Virus record (IMG/VR): IMGVR_UViG_3300012166_000006
Span: 1-32,666 of that record
From: a virus
Taxonomy: Duplodnaviria; Caudoviricetes
Length of the DNA stretch: 32,666 nt
Direction: 5' to 3' (one strand)
The first letter of the stretch is position 1. Each line of letters begins with the position of its first letter. Below the pieces are notes generated by a model that saw only the letters and a list, made by a program, of their open reading frames with translations, did not search any database and was not told where the DNA came from. The position numbers were made by a program, and so were the translations under genes. Shown here in pieces: positions 1 to 7,880 of this stretch.

Positions 1-1
1 T

Positions 2-859
2 AACGTAGGTGAGTGGAAGTCACTACTGAAGATGGAAACTTTCGAGTTGAAAGACCCCACCATCACAATGCTCACAGCCACTAATGAAGCTATGTCTGAA
101 GATTTCTTCACACGTAGTGCCATACAAGGTGGTTACTTCGCTCGCACATTCATTATCTACGAACGTGAAGGACAGACATCTAACTCTTTAGTGTATCCAT
201 TAGAGAAGAAGGTAGACTACACAGCATCATCTGAATATCTGAAGGAGTTATCAGGACTTAAGGGTGCATTTGCTCCATTCGCTCAGATTGAAAAGACAGA
301 TGAATTCTCTATCAGAAGGATTAAGCATGGTAGGGAAATCTGGTTCAATCCTGTAGGAGCACTATATGATGACTGGTATGATGCCTTCAAGGAGGCAATG
401 AAGATTCAAGAGACTAAGGATGAAACTGGCACACTGAATAGATTTGGGGACTCCGTGCTGAAGGTAGCTATGCTGCTATCATTAGCCCAACATCCCAAAC
501 TAGTCATCACTATGGAAGCAATGGAACAGGCTATTACTGAGTGTGAGAAACTACTTGGTAACGTTCGCCGAACTACTATGGGTAAGCATGGCATGTCTAA
601 TGCTGCCTTACTGAAGTCATTAGTTATCATGGAGCTTCTCAACAGAGAACCACATACCGTAACCCGAATCGTTCTCATGAAGAAGATGTGGATGCACTAT
701 GATAACAGCGAAGAATTTGACAACATGATGCAGGCATTCGATGCCTCGGGCATGATTACAACTTCTAGTATCGGGAACAACATACTGTATACAATGCCAG
801 AGAATCAAGTGGAAGAACTCAAGAAGTTTATGGCTGGAAAACAAGGAGTCAAGCAATGA
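2..859 (+). CDS. DUF3987/YfjI-like replication protein (primase-helicase associated), 5'-truncated by the window edge
   Basis: The frame is open from base 2 (NVGEWKSLLKM...), so the ATG at 32 is probably internal. Motifs PTITMLTAT and IQGGYFARTFIIYE, plus a winged-helix-like C-terminus, resemble phage DUF3987 proteins. Confidence 0.55.
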   Translation, partial: NVGEWKSLLKMETFELKDPTITMLTATNEAMSEDFFTRSAIQGGYFARTFIIYEREGQTSNSLVYPLEKKVDYTASSEYLKELSGLKGAFAPFAQIEKTDEFSIRRIKHGREIWFNPVGALYDDWYDAFKEAMKIQETKDETGTLNRFGDSVLKVAMLLSLAQHPKLVITMEAMEQAITECEKLLGNVRRTTMGKHGMSNAALLKSLVIMELLNREPHTVTRIVLMKKMWMHYDNSEEFDNMMQAFDASGMITTSSIGNNILYTMPENQVEELKKFMAGKQGVKQ

Positions 860-1068
860 TTACAAAAGCAGTTATCGAGAACAGTTTCACGTATCATGCA
901 CCCGTCGGCAATCAGCAGGAGAGATACGTTCGACTGAGAGATATGGCTAAGCAGTTAGCCATTCAAATCATTAACGATACCCCTTCTAGTCGAGAGCAGT
1001 CTACTGCTATCACTAAGTTAGAAGAAGCAATCATGTGGGCGAATAAGGCTATCGCCTGTAACGAATGA
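856..1068 (+). CDS. Acb2/Tad1-like helical hairpin protein (putative immune-signal sponge)
   Basis: 70 aa, ATGA-coupled, with a GGAG RBS. FTYHAP...PSSREQSTAITKLEEAIMWANKAIA matches the RExSxAxTKLEEAxMW motif of Tad1/Acb2 hairpin-domain proteins. Confidence 0.65.
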   Translation: MITKAVIENSFTYHAPVGNQQERYVRLRDMAKQLAIQIINDTPSSREQSTAITKLEEAIMWANKAIACNE

Positions 1069-1202
1069 ATCAACAGAAACAACATAACCCATCCGGTCAT
1101 GGCAAAGGCCGATGGCATGATACTGAGACACTAATTAAATCTCGTAAGAAACGAGATAAAAAGAATAAAGCACAGAAGGAAGCTAGGAAACGTAACAGAT
1201 GA
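1065..1202 (+). CDS. Small basic hypothetical protein (45 aa, not in the ORF track)
   Basis: MNQQKQHNPSGHGKGRWHDTETLIKSRKKRDKKNKAQKEARKRNR*. ATGA overlaps with both neighbours fill the gap exactly. Confidence 0.7.
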   Translation: MNQQKQHNPSGHGKGRWHDTETLIKSRKKRDKKNKAQKEARKRNR

Positions 1203-1399
1203 ATAGACGTGATTTCATCAAAAATGTCCTAGTAACTACTATTGGCATGTCTTCTATAGCTTTAGTGAATGAGCAGAAGATAATTGATGAAACAAGTCAT
1301 ATGAGTGATGTAGAGTTTGAATATTACATCACAACTAATATTAGACTATATGTGGATAATCCACGATATTGTGCAGTGATAACAAACATCGGTGAATAG
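1199..1399 (+). CDS. Small protein with twin-arginine (Tat-like) N-terminus and major-capsid-like C-terminal segment
   Basis: MNRRDFIK followed by a hydrophobic stretch. C-terminal YYITTNIRLYVDNPRYCAVITNI aligns without gaps to the capsid C-terminus FYMVNGMQTFVNNPAATAYIDNL. Confidence 0.7.
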   Translation: MNRRDFIKNVLVTTIGMSSIALVNEQKIIDETSHMSDVEFEYYITTNIRLYVDNPRYCAVITNIGE

Positions 1400-1405
1400 A
1401 AGGAA

Positions 1406-1489
1406 GCCGGGTTGGTGAAACTGGCAGACACAACGGACTTAAAATCCGTCGGTAGCAATACCATGCGGGTTCGATTCCCGCACCCGGCA
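1406..1489 (+). tRNA. tRNA-Leu (anticodon UAA)
   Basis: Acceptor stem GCCGGGT/ACCCGGC, D-arm GTG..TGG..CAC, anticodon arm ACGGA-CTTAAAA-TCCGT (TAA at 1440-1442), long variable arm GGTA-GCAA-TACC, T-arm GCGGG-TTCGATT-CCCGC, discriminator A. CCA is not encoded (CTA follows). Confidence 0.96.
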
Positions 1490-1495
1490 CTACAT

Positions 1496-1759
1496 ATGAC
1501 AATTAAAGTCTATCAAGGAACAGAACCAGGAGATATAGTTGTGACTGCACTCATTACTAAGATGGATTTAGCAGCAAACGACCGTGCTGATAAGCTATTG
1601 AACTATGTTCTACAACAGATAGAGGATGCAGCTGTGAAGGAATACATGCTAATGCATGGGGCTTCTATCATGGCTGCGATTACTCCTGAACTAATTAGCA
1701 AAGTGCTAACTGAGAAGATTAAGGAATCTATTAGCATCGGAGATAAGAATGCTCGTTAA
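1496..1759 (+). CDS. Hypothetical protein (87 aa)
   Basis: The track ORF 1412..1759 runs through the tRNA. The ATG at 1496 (MTIKVYQG...) is the plausible start. Confidence 0.65.
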   Translation: MTIKVYQGTEPGDIVVTALITKMDLAANDRADKLLNYVLQQIEDAAVKEYMLMHGASIMAAITPELISKVLTEKIKESISIGDKNAR

Positions 1760-1919
1760 ACTCCGCATGTGGCTAATTCGTAAACTAATTGGGAGCTATG
1801 GTCCTTATATGGTTCCTGTTCGTGACTACTTTCTATTCGTAGACTATAGTCAGCGTATCTGGAAGATTAAACCTACTTACGAGAATGATTATCCTATACG
1901 GATAGAAAGGTGGGAATAG
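1749..1919 (+). CDS. Hypothetical protein (56 aa, not in the ORF track)
   Basis: MLVKLRMWLIRKLIGSYGPYMVPVRDYFLFVDYSQRIWKIKPTYENDYPIRIERWE*. GGAG RBS, and the stop abuts the next ATG. Confidence 0.65.
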   Translation: MLVKLRMWLIRKLIGSYGPYMVPVRDYFLFVDYSQRIWKIKPTYENDYPIRIERWE

Positions 1920-2180
1920 ATGCTTAAGATAGCAGTCATCGGTAATAACTACGGTGAAGTATCCCGATTCATTGAGTATAAATTCAAGGGTCAGATTGAA
2001 TCACATCATAAATCTAACCAAATTTATACCCTGAAGAATGGAGATACTCTTTATTCATGCCATGATGAAGCGGGTAAAGATAGATATAAGTCTATGCTCT
2101 ACGACGCCATCTTGATAACTGAATACTATGAGTCACTACTCGATGTAATCAGAGGCAGGACTACTAGACCTGTGCAATAA
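1920..2180 (+). CDS. Hypothetical protein
   Basis: 86 aa, AAGG(T) RBS, coupled to neighbours. Confidence 0.7.
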   Translation: MLKIAVIGNNYGEVSRFIEYKFKGQIESHHKSNQIYTLKNGDTLYSCHDEAGKDRYKSMLYDAILITEYYESLLDVIRGRTTRPVQ

Positions 2181-2392
2181 TGCAGAATAGAATAGATAAA
2201 TTCCTAACCTGGCTAGCCGAGAATACCGATTTCGGCGAATGGGATGATAGTGTTAGGATTGAAGTTACATCCAAACTAGTTGAAATAATGACTGCTCCAG
2301 AACCTAAACAACACAAGTGGGTATTCTATATGAATATGACTGCTTGTGAAATATGTGGAGAACCTATAGGCTCGGGTAGACCGTGCCGTTAA
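2180..2392 (+). CDS. Hypothetical protein with C-terminal H...CxxC...C putative Zn site
   Basis: TAATG overlap. HKW...CEICG...RPC. Confidence 0.65.
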   Translation: MQNRIDKFLTWLAENTDFGEWDDSVRIEVTSKLVEIMTAPEPKQHKWVFYMNMTACEICGEPIGSGRPCR

Positions 2393-2607
2393 TCGGACCA
2401 CCCCCAAACGAAGATGCTCCTAAAGAGCCTGTTGAAAGGGTGGAGGTTAATGAATCAGAACACTTACGAGTTCTCAAATACTTAGGTATTGATAATTGGA
2501 AGTGTTCTCATTGCGGCTGTGTGGTGTTTGGACGCTGTAAGGGATGTCCTTATTGCAAACATAAGCTAGGTATCATAACTTCTAGACCGAAGGAGTTCGT
2601 AGGATGA
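2383..2607 (+). CDS. Small Zn-ribbon protein
   Basis: WKCSHCGC...CKGCPYC motif. GTG start overlaps the upstream gene. Confidence 0.7.
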   Translation: MPLIGPPPNEDAPKEPVERVEVNESEHLRVLKYLGIDNWKCSHCGCVVFGRCKGCPYCKHKLGIITSRPKEFVG

Positions 2608-2807
2608 CTGGAAAAATCGCTCGCAAAGTTAAGGATAAGGGATTTGGTTTCATTCAGTCTACTGAAGATGGAAAAGATTATTTCTTCCATCATACTGGAT
2701 GTGATTATCCCTTCGATTCATTACAGGAAGGAGATACTGTAGAGTTTGAAATGGAGAGAAATCCTAAAGGGCCACGCGCTAATCATGTAAGGCCAATCAA
2801 TGCCTAA
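2604..2807 (+). CDS. csp: Cold-shock domain protein (CspA family)
   Basis: 67 aa with RNP1 KGFGFI, RNP2 YFFH and LQEGDTVEFE...KGPRANHV. AAGGAG RBS. Confidence 0.95.
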   Translation: MTGKIARKVKDKGFGFIQSTEDGKDYFFHHTGCDYPFDSLQEGDTVEFEMERNPKGPRANHVRPINA

Positions 2808-3207
2808 AACAAACTTCATTCTATATAATCCTAACTATCATGAAGCTGTGAGAGAAACCAGTATCCTAGCTGATGATGTGAGTGATGGGCATCACACGAT
2901 GTCTGAGCTCTATCAACATAGACATGCACTGTTTATTGCATTGTGCAAAGTCTATGATAACTATATCACACCCCTTCAGTCGCGGGTGAAATGCTGGAAA
3001 TCTAAATTACACGATGATGGAACCATGTTCGATGGATGGTTCATCCTCGGAATGACTGTTTTTGAATTTACAGGTCCTACTACTACGATTACTTACCATC
3101 TTCCTATGACCCACTGGAATAGGATTAATGTAATGGAAATTCCTAACGCACCACCGTGGGACGGGCATACTTCTGACGATGTTCTTCTGAGACTCTATAA
3201 ACTATGA
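2800..3207 (+). CDS. WDGH-motif phage protein
   Basis: SDGHHTMSELYQHR...WKSKLHDDG...ITYHLP...APPWDGHT, a conserved phage family of unknown function. Confidence 0.75.
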   Translation: MPKTNFILYNPNYHEAVRETSILADDVSDGHHTMSELYQHRHALFIALCKVYDNYITPLQSRVKCWKSKLHDDGTMFDGWFILGMTVFEFTGPTTTITYHLPMTHWNRINVMEIPNAPPWDGHTSDDVLLRLYKL

Positions 3208-3986
3208 GAAGGTGGAAATATATGGGAGAACAAGTCTTAGACCACGGCTATGTCAGTCTAGTAGAGACATGGGGTTCTGATAAGACCATTATCGAATCTG
3301 CTAGAATGTCTACTGGTAAGGGATTCCTTGGATGGGGTCCAATGCATAAAACTGATTGTCCCCGTCGTCAAATGCTAGGCTCAGGAGTAAGAGTAGCATG
3401 TGACTGCAAAGAACCTGGAGATGAAAAACTCCTAGCCTATCTTTACAAACATCATCATACTACTCCATTTGAAATGGCAGGAGCTACATTTGAAATTCAA
3501 GCTCCTATCTTTGTATTCAGAGAGTGGCATCGCCATCGGACTCAATCTTATAATGAGATGAGTGCTCGATATATTCCACTTCCTGATATTAGTTATATGC
3601 CTACCATCGAAAGACTTCAAATGGAAGGCGGTGCTAATAAACAAGCTCAGGGTTCAGGTAAAGTAACCAATGCAATAGCTACTAACTTCCAGAGTGACTT
3701 GGAAGAATTCTATATCACAGTAGAACGTATTTATCAGGAAGCCCTGAGAAATGGAATTCCAAAGGAATTAGCTAGATTAGTTCTTCCTGTAAGTCGATAC
3801 AGCAGAATGAGAGCTAGTGCTAATCTTCTGAACTGGATTAGATTCTTACGCCTTCGTGCGGCGCCTAATGCTCAATGGGAAATCCAGCAATACGCTAATC
3901 AAGTATCAATTCAATTAGAACAGAAGTTCCCTCGCACTATGCACCTATTCTTGGAGGAACAAGATGAGCACGGACGAACAAGCTAG
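3204..3986 (+). CDS. thyX: FAD-dependent thymidylate synthase ThyX
   Basis: VLDHGYVSLV, HTTPFEM, APIFVFREWHRHRTQSYNEMSARY (RHRx7S motif), ELARLVLP, LRAAPNAQWEIQQYA. Confidence 0.96.
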   Translation: MRRWKYMGEQVLDHGYVSLVETWGSDKTIIESARMSTGKGFLGWGPMHKTDCPRRQMLGSGVRVACDCKEPGDEKLLAYLYKHHHTTPFEMAGATFEIQAPIFVFREWHRHRTQSYNEMSARYIPLPDISYMPTIERLQMEGGANKQAQGSGKVTNAIATNFQSDLEEFYITVERIYQEALRNGIPKELARLVLPVSRYSRMRASANLLNWIRFLRLRAAPNAQWEIQQYANQVSIQLEQKFPRTMHLFLEEQDEHGRTS

Positions 3987-4449
3987 AGATAGACACGGTT
4001 CACCCCTATTCTATTCACTACTATCAGAGATGGCTGATACTCATGATAAGAAAAGTCATGACTATGCTTCAAATAGTAATCCTTTCGGCAATTATCATTT
4101 TGCTGGACATCTTGCTTTGTTATTCGCTCATAGTAGTGAGGATGCTGGATTTGTTGGCCGTCTTGGTGAAAAGATGTATCGCCTTGCCAATCTTGAACGA
4201 GATGGAAAGATTGCACAAAATGAATCTATCGAAGATACGGAAAGGGACATTGCAGTTATAGCTACGCTATGGATGGCGGACAGACGCCAGCGCAGACTAA
4301 CTAGACAGAATAATATTAATGCCGTTAAGGCACAAATGGCGAAAGGTGAATGGTCTGGTATTATGCCGGAAAAGGCGGACCCTTCAGAACGTAGAGAATC
4401 CCAAGGCCAGCAATACAAATCCGGACAATTAGGAGAACGTCCGCGCTAA
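3964..4449 (+). CDS. DUF1599 / nucleotide-modification-associated domain 1 (Nmad1)-like protein
   Basis: KKSHDYA...NPFGNY...RLGEKMYRLANL...NESIEDTERDIA pattern. GGAGG RBS. Adjacent to thyX. Confidence 0.7.
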   Translation: MSTDEQARDRHGSPLFYSLLSEMADTHDKKSHDYASNSNPFGNYHFAGHLALLFAHSSEDAGFVGRLGEKMYRLANLERDGKIAQNESIEDTERDIAVIATLWMADRRQRRLTRQNNINAVKAQMAKGEWSGIMPEKADPSERRESQGQQYKSGQLGERPR

Positions 4450-4546
4450 CGGGTAAGCCCATAACTCTAATAAATGGTTCTAATAGTAAATTAACTAATC
4501 CTACACAAACTACTGCAAGAATTACTCGCCATAAAAATGGAGACAT
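4361..4546 (-). CDS. Small two-TM membrane protein, last gene of the late operon
   Basis: 61 aa with two hydrophobic helices. AGGAG RBS just after the previous stop. Confidence 0.75.
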   Translation of the reverse strand: MSPFLWRVILAVVCVGLVNLLLEPFIRVMGLPVSADVLLIVRICIAGLGILYVLKGPPFPA

Positions 4547-4554
4547 GACTACTC

Positions 4555-6690
4555 CTAATTGTCACCGTAGCGTTGCATACCCATACCGAAGAACGAAGGT
4601 GCGGCTGCTGGGAGATTTTCAGGATGAATATTGCCACCAATAAGGTCTGCGATTCCTGGTAATAATTCAGGATTCTCAGATGCTAATTCGATTACATCCT
4701 GCACAAAGATGGGGACGAACCTCTTAGCAACTTCGTCAGGAACATTAAAGGGTTGACCTGCTAGGTCTTTACCTCGCAATAGTCCTGTAGCGAAGTTAAT
4801 AATGGGGTTCGCCTTCCCCTCTAAAAATCTACCTGCTACGTCCAATCTGGATGAGCCCCCGTATTTCTCACCTAAGAAATATTCAGTTCCTTTTACGGAA
4901 CTCTTGAACTTACCACCCTGAGAACCTAACATTCCAGCAGCCATATCAAAGGGGGCAATACCTGTATCAGTGCCCTCCATTGATTCTATTCTGGCTTCTC
5001 TGGGACGTAAGATTCTATTGGCTGCAACGATATACTGTTGTGCGCCAGCCCAAGGGTCTAGTCTCACATTACCAATTTTAATCTTGCCGAAGTCACTACT
5101 AGCTGGGTCACTCTCTACTTCTGCTCCACCCATTTTAGCAAGTCCTACCATTGCATTGCCTGCGCCCGCTAATGCAAGTAATGACTTAATAGCTTCCTTC
5201 CTAGTGAATGAATCAGTCTTAGGATTAATGTATGTATAGGGGTTAAGAATCTTTACTCTGCTGGCGATTAGCCGAGGGGCAAAGAATGTGCTATTGAGAA
5301 TTACGGCTGCACGTTCTGCCTTACCGAGACTACCACGCCCAGACGAGTAGTTAACGAAATCAGCAAGTGAACGCGCCAGTGGTAGATTAGTCTCTCCGTC
5401 AGCACCAAACACCTTACCATCTCGCACTAAATTCTCAAATGTATCTGCACGAAGCTTATTTAAGAATGCTGTATATGCTCTATTACTACGCCGCACACCT
5501 GGAACCTTCTCAGCCCAGGTAGACATAACAGCTTCTTCTCTACTACTTAAATCAGTAAGGTCAGTAAGTTTTAATCCAGCATCATCAGCGAAGGACGGTA
5601 ATGTAGTATTACCAGGCCCAACGCGAGGCTTAAATAATGGCTTATCAGCAATAGACTGCTGAATACCCTGAAATGCTTCCTCAGAACCCCAGGCTTTAAC
5701 CATACCAGGTAGAGCTTTCCAAAATCCTCCCTTATGGATTAGTGGAAGTCCCTGACGTAATGGAGCAGACATATCAACACTCGCCATTACAGCGCGTGGA
5801 AAGTTAACTGCTTCTACAACAGGATTAGATTTCTTTACGTCAGTCTTTGGACCTAATGTTCCTCTAGGTCTAGCTTGTCCTACTTCTGATTCTAAGATAG
5901 GCTGTTCTCCAGGTTTCCCTTCATAACGAATTTTGAACTTACCATCTTCCGTTAATGAATCGAATACCCAACCTTGTTCTTTAGCTTTCTTAATAATCTC
6001 AGGAGTAGCTTGTCTAAGAGTTACCTTCTGACCTACTTTTGGTGCACCAGCAACTTCAGCAGCTGCTGTAGGCGTGGCTAAATCAGCAGGCATCTCTCCA
6101 GTAACTTTACCAACTTTAGGTATGTTACCCTTCATTCCTAATACACCACCAGCCATCTCTACGCCACCCATAGCGCGGTCAGCAAGTGTAGAATCAGGGT
6201 CTAATACATTGGATGCACCATGAGCAGCAGTTAATCCCCCCGCAGCTTTGGCACCCATACCAACAGCTTTAGCAATAGCAGGTAAACCAGCTTTAGCAGC
6301 AGTTCCTTGTCCAGCAGTTAAAATAGCAGTAGCAAGGTTAATAGGTGAAGTAAGACCAGATACCAAATCACCAACACCTTCCAATGCACCAGCACCAAAT
6401 CCTTTAGCTTTGGCAAGTGTAGTTTTAAGGTAGTCACTTACTCCCCCTTCGCCAGTAGGAGCCATAGACAATGATGGAGCATCTATATCTCCACTAAAGC
6501 TACGAATGAATCTAGACGGAGCATCAGTTAATGGTTCGGATATCATATCCCAACCACGTCCTAGTAGTCCTTTTTCTTCAGGAACTACAGGTGTGGTAGG
6601 CGTAGTGGTAATAGGTGTAGTAGTGGGAACATCTTCCCAATCTACATCTTCCCACTCGTCATCTTTAGTTACTTTTTGACTGGCTGCCAT
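4555..6690 (-). CDS. Internal virion / DNA ejection protein (large)
   Basis: 711 aa, Ala/Gly-rich amphipathic helices, acidic DDEWEDVDWEDV N-terminus. Last of three ejection-type genes after the tail module. Confidence 0.6.
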   Translation of the reverse strand: MAASQKVTKDDEWEDVDWEDVPTTTPITTTPTTPVVPEEKGLLGRGWDMISEPLTDAPSRFIRSFSGDIDAPSLSMAPTGEGGVSDYLKTTLAKAKGFGAGALEGVGDLVSGLTSPINLATAILTAGQGTAAKAGLPAIAKAVGMGAKAAGGLTAAHGASNVLDPDSTLADRAMGGVEMAGGVLGMKGNIPKVGKVTGEMPADLATPTAAAEVAGAPKVGQKVTLRQATPEIIKKAKEQGWVFDSLTEDGKFKIRYEGKPGEQPILESEVGQARPRGTLGPKTDVKKSNPVVEAVNFPRAVMASVDMSAPLRQGLPLIHKGGFWKALPGMVKAWGSEEAFQGIQQSIADKPLFKPRVGPGNTTLPSFADDAGLKLTDLTDLSSREEAVMSTWAEKVPGVRRSNRAYTAFLNKLRADTFENLVRDGKVFGADGETNLPLARSLADFVNYSSGRGSLGKAERAAVILNSTFFAPRLIASRVKILNPYTYINPKTDSFTRKEAIKSLLALAGAGNAMVGLAKMGGAEVESDPASSDFGKIKIGNVRLDPWAGAQQYIVAANRILRPREARIESMEGTDTGIAPFDMAAGMLGSQGGKFKSSVKGTEYFLGEKYGGSSRLDVAGRFLEGKANPIINFATGLLRGKDLAGQPFNVPDEVAKRFVPIFVQDVIELASENPELLPGIADLIGGNIHPENLPAAAPSFFGMGMQRYGDN

Positions 6691-7880
6691 GTTTTGCCAC
6701 CATCTGTAGATTCAACTTGACGGGTAGCTCCAGTCTTAGAATTACGTTGAGTTTTAGTCATTTTCTCAGGTTTATTACTGGCTCTCTGCATTTTAGGTCC
6801 ATAAATAGCTTCTTGGATTTCATCGTATTGTGCCTTAGATGGACCAGTAGGACGCTTAAACAGATTAGTGCCAGGGGGAGTAACGCTAAAATCGTTACTA
6901 GCAGGATTACCCACTTTGATAAACGGGCGTAACTCCGGCCTAGTATTCCATAGTTCACGTGCAGCATTGAACTGCCTCACTCTAGTTTGTGTAGGTAATT
7001 CGTCCTTACCACCCGTAGTAGTTTTAGCGGAAGGAACAGATTTAGTCTTACGTGATTCTTCTCCACGCACTACAGCAGTAGCACGTGATTCAGCACCCCG
7101 TTCACCAATTTGACGTGATGTGATATCACCTTTCTGTTCATTTTCTTCAGTTCGGAATTCATGACCTAAATGTAACTTATCAAGGTCAGTCATGCTACCA
7201 GTTGGAATACCAGTATCCTGCTGTTTACCAGTTTGGGGGTCAATAGCAATGATATTCCCACCCTTGGGGAATAGGAATTTCATTAAAGGATTCTTAGCCT
7301 TAAACTCATATACGTCAGCACGCTGCTGAGCAATCTTTGCCCTAGCCTCATCCTTACGTTCAGTAGCAGCTTGGGATTGTGCACGTAATTCCTGTGCTAC
7401 AGTATTATAAGCAAGAGTTCGTTCATTTACATTATTGCTACGTTCTAATTCTGCGGCTCTAGTGGTAGGACCAACCTTATTTTTCCAATCCTCCACTTGT
7501 GTCTGATGAGGACGGTCAAACATATTTAATGCATTCTGTGAGCCTGAAACACCGCCCACAATCATAGTAGCAATTTTCTTTAGCATTCCCGCCTTCTCGC
7601 GTTGGGGATATGCTGAGATTAAAGCATTCAATCTGTCACTAGCTTCAGTTTCAGGAGTATAAAGAGCTTTCATCCTGTCTGAAACATTGTATTCATCGGG
7701 TGCTTCCATCCCAGGCTGACCCATAGGATTAGCTGCACCAAATGGATTAATGGGCGGAGGCATATTACCCATGATTCCGCCATTTTGTGGTAAATCGTTA
7801 CCTACCATCGGCGGAGGACCGAATGTATTCTCTCCACCGAATAGCGTTTTCATTCGTAGTGGGTCTAAGAAGCTAGGCAT
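6669..7880 (-). CDS. Internal virion / ejection protein
   Basis: 403 aa with a low-complexity Pro/Gly/Met N-terminus and a helical core. Position matches a podovirus ejectosome. Confidence 0.55.
   Translation of the reverse strand: MPSFLDPLRMKTLFGGENTFGPPPMVGNDLPQNGGIMGNMPPPINPFGAANPMGQPGMEAPDEYNVSDRMKALYTPETEASDRLNALISAYPQREKAGMLKKIATMIVGGVSGSQNALNMFDRPHQTQVEDWKNKVGPTTRAAELERSNNVNERTLAYNTVAQELRAQSQAATERKDEARAKIAQQRADVYEFKAKNPLMKFLFPKGGNIIAIDPQTGKQQDTGIPTGSMTDLDKLHLGHEFRTEENEQKGDITSRQIGERGAESRATAVVRGEESRKTKSVPSAKTTTGGKDELPTQTRVRQFNAARELWNTRPELRPFIKVGNPASNDFSVTPPGTNLFKRPTGPSKAQYDEIQEAIYGPKMQRASNKPEKMTKTQRNSKTGATRQVESTDGGKTWQPVKK

Noticed and set aside
1406-1489. tRNA as attP/attB marking a prophage boundary
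   Set aside because: Phage-type coupled genes continue on both sides, and I see no integrase or duplicated tRNA 3' end in the window.
1412-1495. N-terminal extension of ORF 1412..1759
   Set aside because: It is the tRNA-Leu sequence read in frame. The coding start is at 1496 or later.
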